Origin: Eledone cirrhosa
Taxonomy: Eukaryota
Direction: 5' to 3'
Assembly: GCA_964016885.1 (NCBI GenBank)
Contig: OZ024758.1
Span: 32,984,001-33,048,000, forward strand
DNA: 64,000 bases
The notes below the pieces were generated by a model, which made no database searches, was not told where the DNA came from, and saw only the letters and a program-made list of their open reading frames with translations. Position 1 is the stretch's first letter. Each line of letters starts with the position of its first letter. This document shows positions 25,268-37,200 of this stretch, in pieces. Made by a program: the position numbers and the translations under genes.

Positions 25268-25780
25268 TCTATATATATATAAAAGCGAGGATGTGTGTGT
25301 GTGTGTGTCTGTGGACAAATTTGGACAGCTAAGACTTTTACAATTCCCAACCGAATTTGACCAAATTTTCTGTGCACGTTGCACCTGTCGCTAAGATGGT
25401 CACATCACAAACATTTTCAAATCGACCCACGTTGAGCAATAAAAAATCGATAGCAAAATTATTTTTTCTAAAGTGCATGATGTAAGGTAGAAATCAATCA
25501 AAACTAAATCCTTATGGAACTTTCCATTCAAACTGTTGGGACCTACAACTTTTCAGCTGTAGCTTGCACATTTTTTTTGTCACTCTCGACAAAATTGTAG
25601 GTGTTTATCCTCTGCACTACAAGGCTCTTAAGCGAGCATCGATTTTCTTCTAAGTCACATGCCCGTGTCAACAAACCCATAAAAACTAAATCCTTATGGG
25701 ATTTTCCATTCAATTTACGTCCTAACTGTACATTCTTAGCATAATTTCAAACCCCGGGCAATGCCGGGTAAATCTGCTAG
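25268..25780 (+). mobile_element. non-autonomous Helitron (513 bp) abutting a truncated mariner-like MITE (25215-25267)
   Basis: A|TCTATATATATATAAAAGCGAGG 5' end; CCCGGGCAATGCCGGG hairpin plus CTAG|T 3' end. Confidence 0.9.
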
Positions 25781-25980
25781 TTAACCACTAAAACTCACCA
25801 CAAATATACTAGATTTTTCTGTCTCTGATAACTTGGCATGATTAGTTGTTGCTGTCTGTGATAACTTGGCAGTAAACAGAACTTCTGCAAAGCAATATAA
25901 TCTTTGCACCTGAACCTAGTACAATAAAAGCAAACAGCTGGACAAAATAGCATTTCAGGATAAATATGACTTCTTTACAG

Positions 25981-26150
25981 CAGAGGTTCTCAAATATTTT
26001 GGGCACTACCCCACTCACAGCCACATAATACCCTCAGTGCACCCCACACCTATTTCCAGAGAGACCTGCCTACACGCACATTGTAAATATATAAATAAAA
26101 TCGTTAATTTGTATATAATAAATAATATAATACATACTAAATAAAAATTA
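25981..26150. mobile_element. hAT-like MITE left half, lacking the Helitron insertion
   Basis: CAGAGGTTCTCAAA TIR; homologous to 11295-11405 joined to 12391-12450. Confidence 0.75.
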
Positions 26151-26639
26151 TATAGCTTCTCCATTTCTCCCAATGCCCCCTTTGTTCTCTGCTTTACACA
26201 GACTAACTGCTACACAAAGACTAGATTTCTTTTACAGAACTCAAGTGTTAAGGTAGTAAGTAAACTTATACTGCAAATGCTCGCTTTCAATTGAGAAAAA
26301 AAAAGAAAGCCATCTATATGATAGGCAAATCTTCATTCATGAACAGACTGTGGACATTAGCCCTTTGATACACAGTTCAAACAAAAATTAAACATTATAC
26401 CTATATCTTCTTTCTCGAAGAAGATCACCATCATCTAGAACTGCCTGCCTCCTAATATTTTCCCATTAGTCTGCATAAATTCCAACTAAACATGAAATAC
26501 ATTACCAAACTCTGATCGGTCGACAAGATCCCAGACCTCATTTGCTTGCCAAGTGGGGAGGACATTGTCAAATCAGACCAAGGAAACAATGTTTCCATTG
26601 GTCTTTCCATTACGGGTGCTATCTACCACTCACAACTCC

Positions 26640-26760
26640 TGGCAGAAGGAACAATATGAAGTAAAGTATCTTGCTCAAGGACACAACGCATCACGCGGTC
26701 CGAGAATTGAAGTCATAATCTCACAATTGCGAATCCAACTCTCTAACCACTAAGCCAAGT
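26640..26760 (-). mobile_element. CORE-type SINE head
   Basis: aaagtatcttgctcaaggacacaac..ctctaaccactaagcca. Confidence 0.7.
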
Positions 26761-28635
26761 TCTTACCTCCTATAGAGATTGCCTCTGATCTGAAGACCAA
26801 CTGATAAAAATAATCTATAATCAAAAGATGAGATACACCAGGAGGAAATGAGGTAAGAGGTTAAAGCAGGCAAAGTGGTAAGAAACTCTGAGGAGAGCTG
26901 GACAACAGATCTTCAAAGAAAAAACCCCACTCAAGCAAGTGTGTTGGCCCTTAACTTCTTAATGGTGGAAAAAAACAGATCAATAGTGAATGTAACTTAG
27001 TGGTGATAGTGCTGTGTACATCTGTTATGATAGTGTGACACACACCTGTTTTGTATATCTATACGAAACGAGGGCAAAACCCAAGGTATTCACCTCACCA
27101 GGTGTAATTCTGAACTACCAATGACAGACTACAACGAGACTCTGTACACACAGTTTCCATGACAGTTCACTTCAGTTCCGCCTAGCCCACTTTTAGTTAC
27201 GTGGGGGGTACTCAGGGTTTTTTCCCCACAACAAGTTGAGTTACTATGACAACTTATCTTCTGATATCAGTATAAACATGTATCCTCCACCTCCAACTAA
27301 CTTACCCACCACCTCCGGCCAACAGGATGGCAAGGGAAACATGCTGGAACAAACTTAATAGTTAGAGTGAGTTTTTCTATCAAATAAGTAATTGGTATTT
27401 GGTCCTTTATAACTTCTCTGAAATGCAGTCTGAATTCTAGCAAGCTTCTTACCCAACTGAATAAGAAACCCACAACACTAAACCTCTGGTTAGTCACCCA
27501 GTCTAATTATTTTTTCTCGTTTTTGGAATTCCTTCGATATGTTATTTTGTCTTGGCATTTCCAGTAAGACTTCTTTCAGTTTTCTACAATCTCTCACAGC
27601 TTTTTCTGATATACAAAATGTCATGTAAACAGCTCTTTTACTATTAAATTCCATAATTTTAAGTTTGAAAGCAACAATATATAATGTCTTCTCTTTATGT
27701 CAGTAGTAGCCACTATGACAATGTTTGACATGGGATAAAATTATATTCCTTTATAACTATCTCTGAAATGTTTATGGCCTGATAATAGTTAAGACCTAAT
27801 AAAACTTTTTTTCTTTCCTTTTATTCCTTCTGTATTTCCTTATTTTCACACACTTGCTTTATTCAAAATTTTGTTATCACACCCTATTTCTGTCAATTGT
27901 CCTTGTTTGATTTATCCCCCATCCACTACTCACCCAAATACTTCATTGTATCATTCTAGCCATTCAGCAAGCTCAAAATACAAGACCTAGCATAACTTTT
28001 CGTGGATTAGCTTTCATACATGGAAAAATACAATAGTTTATAGAAGGAGATTGCACCCATATGCAATATGGGCAGATGGTTTGACATTTGTAATAGTGGC
28101 TAGTTGTGGTTAATGTTGAAATTTCTTGCACAAGTTTTTTTTCAATCTCATGTAGTGAGCTGCAACAAATACCAAGGCATTTCAATTGGCGCCCTAACAG
28201 CTACCAATCTGCCACCTATATTTTCTTTCCTTTTCCTTTCTATGTATATAAGTGACTCTACTAATTGAAAAACAAAAAATCAAAGTTGTGTACCATAAGT
28301 AAATACAACTTTCAAGTAAATAAAAAACAAATGTTTACCTATTGAAATCTAACATTATCATGCAACAATAAGATTTTAATTTAAATTTCAATACTTTAAT
28401 ATTAAAAAAACCCAACAGTTTCTAGGAAGTTGGTGATGAAAGCATTACTGTTTGAAAAATAAATAAAGATGAAATTTTTGCAGTATAGGAACACTGAAAA
28501 ATCTCACAACAGAATTAATTAAAAACTTATCAACGTCATTTACTCATTACTACTTATTCCTTATCAATGTTTTCTATTTATATCTCCTACAGATTTGTGC
28601 ATTTAGTCAAATGTTTGAATATTTTCCCCTATATT

Positions 28636-28732
28636 CAGGCTGTATTAAAAAGAATCATTCGATTTCAAAGGGCTATATTTTAAAAACAAATATAACCTTT
28701 TTAAATTAAATGATTCTTTTTGATACACCCTG
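28636..28732. mobile_element. short Tc1/mariner-like MITE
   Basis: Imperfect TIR CAGG(C/G)TGTAT..AAAAGAATCATT / AATGATTCTTTTT..ATACACCCTG|TA. Confidence 0.55.
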
Positions 28733-28809
28733 TATAATGTTCTTATGCCTATAGATTTAGTAGTGCTGCCAGATAAAGACTTAACATATTTGTTTTGCAT
28801 CAGCTTTAA

Positions 28810-29018
28810 CCCTTTAAAATTTAAACCAACCATATCTGGCCAGAATTCTCTCACCTCTTTCTGTTCAAATTGGCCATAACCAGCCACTCATACTGATGTT
28901 AAGGTATTGTTCTCAAAATAAATAATATCAAAATCTCATAGATTTAATATTATGTGAGGTAAAGCCTCTACCACGGAAATATAATAATTAAATATAGAGC
29001 AATGTAAATGCTAAAGGG
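28810..29018. mobile_element. piggyBac-like MITE P1
   Basis: TTAA flanks and CCCTTTA/TAAAGGG termini. Confidence 0.85.
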
Positions 29019-29399
29019 TTAAGAAATCTGAAACCATTGAACATTGCTTTAATGATTCTGATAGATAAGGTCTCTTCAAAAGATTGCTACCGTTAGCCAA
29101 GCACTTCAGGTAGATACAAGGAGTAAGGTGGTTTATCCTTGGAAACTGACACAAAATATATTCTATATTCTTTATCTTTTTTCATTAGCAAATTTCTAAT
29201 GAAATTAGACTGACAATGTGTTTCAACATATTTTGAAAAAAATAAAACATTTTGAGGAATTTAGTAACATTTAATAATATAACCCACCTCTTCATAAGTA
29301 AATTGACATTGGAACATAACAAAAATTTCATTAATAAGATTATGATAGCAATTTTAATATAAGTATTAAATATAAGTACTAAAATATATATGAATAATA

Positions 29400-29574
29400 C
29401 AGTGAAATTCCGTTATAACGAAATTTGCAGGGTATAAAATATAATTTATTGTAACGAAAAGTTCTTTATAATGAGATCGACCTAACACATCGAAAGTGTG
29501 GCCAGGCATTGGAAACATTTTGTTATACTGAAAAATTTGTTATAATGGTATTCGATATAACGGAATTTTACCTG
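29400..29574. mobile_element. pogo/Tigger-like MITE, family T2
   Basis: TA|CAGTGAAATTCCGTTATAACGAA ... TTCGATATAACGGAATTTTACCTG|TA. Confidence 0.7.
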
Positions 29575-29726
29575 TACTACTTTATAAGAGGCAGTTTTGT
29601 ATCCTTGAACTAGGGGCAGTTTCAGGCAGTAGTGATAACATCTCTCACAGTTGATTTTCTACATTTTCTTTCTAACCACAAGGAAAACATTTACTGCCAT
29701 ATAAGGGGTGATGGAAGTCTGTTTAA

Positions 29727-29954
29727 GCCATTAGCATTTAAACTGACCATATCCAGCCAGAATCCGCCCCCCCCCCTTCTGTTCAAACCAGCTGTAACTG
29801 GCCCCCCCCCCCCATACCAACATTAAGGGATTCTTCTCAAAATAAATAACATCAAAATCTCCTAGATTCAATGTTATGTGAGATAACAATGTAAAATAAA
29901 GCCTTTACTGTGAAAAAACAATGGTAAATATAGAGTAATGTAAATGCTAAAGAG
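29727..29954. mobile_element. piggyBac-like MITE P1, degraded, with poly-C runs
   Basis: TTAA flanks and a homologous interior. Confidence 0.75.
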
Positions 29955-30699
29955 TTAATCTAACACTCTTTCCAGCAAAGATAGTGATTAAAGTGGTGAT
30001 GTTGCACTCAAACTTCACTACTTAGAGCCTCTTTTTGAACTTTATTTTCTCTACTTCCTCCTTTCTTTCTTAAATTGCCTGGTGGTCCTTGCTTTATATT
30101 TCCTTAGCATTTATAGTCCTTTCCAATACTACTTTCTTTTTCTGTATATTTGACTAAATATATTGAATTTCTAATAGCTGATTAAAATTTAACAAAAATA
30201 AATCTCAACTACATTTATCTCTTAAACAAGAATATTAACCTTGCATCAGTCTTATGTTCATCAATACAACTTAAGATACACTTAAAACAAGTTAATATAT
30301 TCTTAACAAAAAATATATATATATTTATCATTATGTGAATTAATTAAAAAATAATTTTCATAATAAAATTATATTAAATGCAAAATTATATAAAACAGTA
30401 AACCCAAACAATAACATAATACCAATTGTTTACATATTAATTAATAACCTTAATTACTGAGATTAATCATACCTTTATGTACCAAACAAAACAAGCAACA
30501 GCGAACATGAATTATATCTTAGCATTTACATTTACAAAGAACATTTTTAAACGATATAGTGAAAACACATTTCATTCCAGTTTTATAAACAATTAATTAA
30601 ATAATTAGTTAATTACTTATCTAATAAATTGATAAAGAAGCTGTTTCAATACATGATTTCACATCAATAACCTTGCAAAATAAATACAATACTGAAATA

Positions 30700-30892
30700 T
30701 GAGGGGAGACTGAAAATTTCACAGATTAACTATGAAGAAGTGATGTTAGAGCCGTGAAATCTTACATGCATTAATTTCAACTCTTCTTATTAATAACTGT
30801 ATTGTTTCTTCCCAGGAACTATGTTGTAAAACAAACCTCATTTGGTCATTCCATGAGAGTGGTCAGCCTATGAACTTTTCAGTCAACCCTCG
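30700..30892 (+). mobile_element. mariner-like MITE, family M
   Basis: TA|TGAGGG..ACCCTCG|TA; interior matches 16583-16792. Confidence 0.8.
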
Positions 30893-30893
30893 T

Positions 30894-31233
30894 ATCATCA
30901 TCATCATCATCATTTTACGTCCGCTTTTCTTTGCTTGTAAGGGTGGGAAGGGATCTAATTCTGGCTTGATTTCTACAACTGGATGCCCTTCCTAACACCA
31001 ACCTCATTTACAGTGTGGGCTGGGTGCTTTTTTGCCGTGGCATCTACTCGACCACTTTGCAGTGGAATGGTAGGGACCCCAGTCCTATCATCTTATTTCT
31101 ACAGCTGAGTAAACTGGAGAAATGTGAAATAAAGTGTCTTGCTCAAGGAAACAACACATCACCCGGTCTGAGAATTGAACTCACAACCTTTCGATTGCAA
31201 GGCCAATGCTCTAACCACTAAGCCATGTGCCTC
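30894..31233 (-). mobile_element. CORE-type SINE with RTE-LINE-derived 3' tail and (GAT)n end
   Basis: tRNA head at 31233-31160 and core at ~31140. The tail catcatcattttacgtccgcttttctttgcttgtaagggtggga matches the LINE end at 53364-53411. Confidence 0.82.
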
Positions 31234-31253
31234 CATTACAGTAAATGCTTACG

Positions 31254-34200
31254 GAACTATGGTCAATATAGTAGAGCCATGGTCAATATAGTAAAGCCAT
31301 GGTCAATATAGTAAAGCCATGGTCAATATAGTAGAACTATCGTCAATATAGTAGAACTATGGTCTATATAGTAGAAATATGGTCAATATAGTTGAACTAT
31401 GGTCAATATAATAGAGCCATGGTCAATATAGTAGAACTATGGTCAATATAGTAGAGCCATGGTCAATATAGTAGAGCCATGGTCAATATAGTAGAACTAT
31501 GGTAAATATAGTAAAGCCATGGTCAATATAGTAGAGCCATGGTCAATATATAGAACTATGGTCAATATAGTAAAGCCACGGTCAATATAGTAGAACTATG
31601 GTCAATATAGTAGAGCCATCGTCAATATAGTAGAGCCATGGTCAATATAGTAGAGCCATGGTCAATATAGTAGAACTATGGTCAATATAGTAGAGCCATG
31701 GTCAATATAGTAGAACTATGGTCAATATAGTAGAACTATGGTCAATATAGTAGAGCCATGGTCAATATAGTAAAGCCATGGTCAATATAGTAAAGCCATG
31801 GTCAATATAGTAGAACTATCGTCAATATAGTAGAACTATGGTCTATATAGCAGAAATATGGTCAATATAGTTGAACTATGGTCAATATAATAGAGCCATG
31901 GTCAATATAGTAGAACTATGGTCAATATAGTAGAGCCATGGTCAATATAGTAGAACTATGGTCAATATAGTAGAACTATGGTCAATATAGTAGAGCTATG
32001 GTCAATATAGTAGAATTATAGTTAATATAGTAGAACTATGGTCAATAAAGTAGAACTATAGTCAACATAATAGAACTATGGTCAATATAGTAGAACTATG
32101 GTCAATATAGTAGAGCCATGGTCAATATAGTAGAACAATGGTCAATATACTAGAACAATGGTGAATATAGTAGAGCTATGGTCAATATAGTAGAGCTATG
32201 GTCAATATAAGAGAGCCATGGTCAATATGATAGAACTATGGTCAATATAGTAAAGCCATGGTCAATATAGTAGAACTAAGGTCAATATAGTAGAGCCATG
32301 GACAATATAGTAGAACTATGGTCAATATAGTAGGGCCATGGTCAATATAGTAGAACTATGGTCAATATAGTAGAGCCATGGTCAATATAGTAGAACTATG
32401 GTCAACATAGAACTATGGTCAATATAGTAGAGCCATGGTCAATATAGTAGAACTATGGTCAATATAGTAGAGCCATGGTCAATATAGTAGAACTATGGTC
32501 AATAAAGTAGAGCCATGTTCAATATAGTAGAACTATGGTCAATATAGAAGAGCCATGGTCAATATAGTAGAACTATGGTCAATATAGTAGAGCCATGGTC
32601 AATATAGCAGAACTATGGTCAATACAGTAAAGCCATGGTTAATATAGTAGAGCCATGGTCAATATAGTAGAGCCATGGTCAATATAGTAGACCTATGATC
32701 AATATAGTAGAACTATGGTCAATATAGTAGAACTATGGTCAATATAGTAGAACTATGGTCAATATAGTAGAACTATAGTCAATATAGTAGAACTATGGTC
32801 AATATAGTAGAACTATGGTCTACATAGTTGAACTATGGTCAATATAGTAGAGCAATGGTCAATATAATAGAGCAATGGTCAATATAGTAGAACTATGGTC
32901 AATATAGTAGAGCCATGGTCAATATAGTAGAGCCATGGTCAATATAGTAGACCTATGATCAATATAGTAGACCTATGATCAATATAGTAGAACTATGGTC
33001 AATATGCTAGAACTATGGTCAATATAGTAGAACTATAGTCAATATAGTAGAACTATGGTCTACATAGTTGAACTATGGTCAATATAATAGAGCCATCGTC
33101 AATATAATAGCGCCATGGTCAATATAGTAGAACTATGGTCAATATAGTAGAGCCATGGTCAATATAGTAGAACTATGGTTAATATAGTAGAACTATGGTC
33201 AATATAGTAGAACTATGGTCAATATAGTAGAACTATGGTCAATATAGTAGAGCCATGGTCAATATAGTAAAGCCATGGTCAATATAGTAAAGCCATGGTC
33301 AATATAGTAGAACTATCGTCAATATAGTAGAACTATGGTCTATATAGTAGAAATATGGTCAATATAGTTGAACTATGGTCAATATAATAGAGCCATGGTC
33401 AATATAGTAGAACTATGGTCAATATAGTAGAGCCATGGTCAATATAGTAGAACTATGGTCAATATAGTAGAACTATGGTCAATATAGTAGACCTATGGTC
33501 AATATAGTAGACCTATGGTCAATATAGTAGAACTATGGTCAATATAGTAGAGCCATGGTCAATATAGTAGAACTATGGTCAATATAGTAGAACTATAGTC
33601 AATATAGTAGAGCCATGGTCAATATAGTAGAGCTATGGTCAATATAGTAGAATTATAGTCAATATAGTAGAACTATGGTCAATAAAGTAGAACTATAGTC
33701 AACATAATAGAACTATGGTCAATATAGTAGAACTATGGTCAATAAAGTAGAACTATAGTCAACATAATAGAACTATGGTCAATATAGTAGAACTATGGTC
33801 AATATAGTAGAGCCATGGTCAATATAGTAGAACAATGGTCAATATACTAGAACAATGGTGAATATAGTAGAGCTATGGTCAATATAGTAGAGCTATGGTC
33901 AATATAGTAGAACTATGGTCAATATAGTAGAGCCATTGTCAATATGCTAGAACTATGGTCAATATAGTAAAGCCATGGTCAATATAGTAGAACTATGGTC
34001 AATATAATAGAGCCATGGTCAATATAGTAGAACTATGGTAAATATAGTAAAGCCATGGTCAATATAGTAGAATTATGGTCAATATAGTAGAGCCATGGTC
34101 AATATAGTAGAGCCATGGTCAATATAGTAGAGCCATGGTCAATATAGTAGAACTATGGTAAATATAGTAAATCCATGGTCAATATAGTAAATCCATGGTC

Positions 34201-37200
34201 AATATAGTAGAGCCATGGTCAATATATAGAACTATGGTCAATATAGTAAAGCCATGGTCAATATAGTAGAACTATGGTCAATATAGTAAAGCCATGGTCA
34301 ATATAGTAGAACTATGGTCAATATAGTAGAGCCATGGTCAATATAGCAGAGCCATGGTCAATATAGTAAAACTATGGTCAATATAGTAAAGCCATGGTCA
34401 ATATAGTAGAACTAAGGTCAATATAGTAGAACCATGGTCAATATAGTAGAACTATGGTCAATATAGTAGAACTATAGTCAATATAGTAGAGCCATGGTCA
34501 ATATGCTAGAACTATGGTCAATATAGTAAAGCCATGGTCAATATAGTAGAACTAAGGTCAATATAGTAGAGCCATGGTCAATATAGTAGAACTATGGTCA
34601 ATATAGTACAGCCATGGTCAATATAGTAGAACTATGGTCAATATAGAACTATGGTCAATATAGTAGAGCCATGGTCAATATAGTAGAACTATGGTCAATA
34701 TAGTAGAGCCATGGTCAATATAGTAGAACTATGGTCAATATAGTAGAGCCATGGTCAATATAGTAAAGCCATGGTCAATATAGTAGAGCCATGGTCAATA
34801 TAGTAGAGCCATGGTCAATATAGTAGAGCCATGGTCAATATAGCAGAACTATGGTCAATACAGTAAAGCCATGGTTAATATAGTAGAACTATGGTCAATA
34901 TAGTAAAGCCATGGTCAATATAGTAGAGCTATGGTCAATATAGTAGAACTATGGTCAATATAGTAAAGCCATGGTCAATATAGTAGAACTATGGTCAATA
35001 TAGTAAAGTCATGGTCAATATAGTAGAACTATGGTCAATATAGTTGAGCCATGGTCAATATAGTAGAACTATGGTCAATATAGTAGAGCCATGGTCAATA
35101 TAGTAGAACTATGGTAAATATAGTAAAGCCATGGTCAATATAGTAGAATTATGGTCAATATAGTAGAGCCATGGTCAATATAGTAGAGCCATGGTCAATA
35201 TAGTAGAGCCATGGTCAATATAGTAGAACTATGGTAAATATAGTAAAGCCATGGTCAATATAGTAGAGCCATGGTCAATATAGTAAAGCCATGGTCAATA
35301 TAGTAGAACTATGGTCAATATAGTAAAGCCATGGTCAATATAGTAGAACTATGGTCAATATAGTAGAGCCATGGTCAATATAGAACTATGGTCAATATAG
35401 TAAAGTCATGGTCAATATAGTAGAACTATGGTCAATATAGTAAAGTCATGGTCAATATAGTAGAACTATGGTCAATATAGTAGAGCCATGGTCAATATAG
35501 TAGAGCCATGGTCAATATAGTAGAACTATGGTAAATATAGTAAAGCCATGGTCAATATAGTAGAGCCATGGTCAATATATAGAACTATGGTCAATATAGT
35601 AGAGCCATGGTCAATATAGTAGAGCTATGGTCAATATAGTAGAACTATGGTCAATATAGTAAAGCCATGGTCAATATAGTAGAACTATGGTCAATATAGT
35701 AGAGCCATGGTCAATATAGTAGAGCCATGGTCAATATAGTAGACCTATGATCAATATAGTAGACCTATGATCAATATAGTAGAACTATGGTCAATATGCT
35801 AGAACTATGGTCAATATAGTAGAACTATAGTCAATATAGTAGAACTATGGTCTACATAGTTGAACTATGGTCAATATAATAGAGCCATCGTCAATATAAT
35901 AGCGCCATGGTCAATATAGTAGAACTATGGTCAATATAGTAGAGCCATGGTCAATATAGTAGAACTATGGTTAATATAGTAGAACTATGGTCAATATAGT
36001 AGAACTATGGTCAATATAGTAGAACTATGGTCAATATAGTAGAGCCATGGTCAATATAGTAAAGCCATGGTCAATATAGTAAAGCCATGGTCAATATAGT
36101 AGAACTATCGTCAATATAGTAGAACTATGGTCTATATAGTAGAAATATGGTCAATATAGTTGAACTATGGTCAATATAATAGAGCCATGGTCAATATAGT
36201 AGAACTATGGTCAATATAGTAGAGCCATGGTCAATATAGTAGAACTATGGTCAATATAGTAGAACTATGGTCAATATAGTAGACCTATGGTCAATATAGT
36301 AGACCTATGGTCAATATAGTAGAACTATGGTCAATATAGTAGAGCCATGGTCAATATAGTAGAACTATGGTCAATATAGTAGAACTATAGTCAATATAGT
36401 AGAGCCATGGTCAATATAGTAGAGCTATGGTCAATATAGTAGAATTATAGTCAATATAGTAGAACTATGGTCAATAAAGTAGAACTATAGTCAACATAAT
36501 AGAACTATGGTCAATATAGTAGAACTATGGTCAATAAAGTAGAACTATAGTCAACATAATAGAACTATGGTCAATATAGTAGAACTATGGTCAATATAGT
36601 AGAGCCATGGTCAATATAGTAGAACAATGGTCAATATACTAGAACAATGGTGAATATAGTAGAGCTATGGTCAATATAGTAGAGCTATGGTCAATATAGT
36701 AGAACTATGGTCAATATAGTAGAGCCATTGTCAATATGCTAGAACTATGGTCAATATAGTAAAGCCATGGTCAATATAGTAGAACTATGGTCAATATAAT
36801 AGAGCCATGGTCAATATAGTAGAACTATGGTAAATATAGTAAAGCCATGGTCAATATAGTAGAATTATGGTCAATATAGTAGAGCCATGGTCAATATAGT
36901 AGAGCCATGGTCAATATAGTAGAGCCATGGTCAATATAGTAGAACTATGGTAAATATAGTAAATCCATGGTCAATATAGTAAATCCATGGTCAATATAGT
37001 AGAGCCATGGTCAATATATAGAACTATGGTCAATATAGTAAAGCCATGGTCAATATAGTAGAACTATGGTCAATATAGTAAAGCCATGGTCAATATAGTA
37101 GAACTATGGTCAATATAGTAGAGCCATGGTCAATATAGCAGAGCCATGGTCAATATAGTAAAACTATGGTCAATATAGTAAAGCCATGGTCAATATAGTA

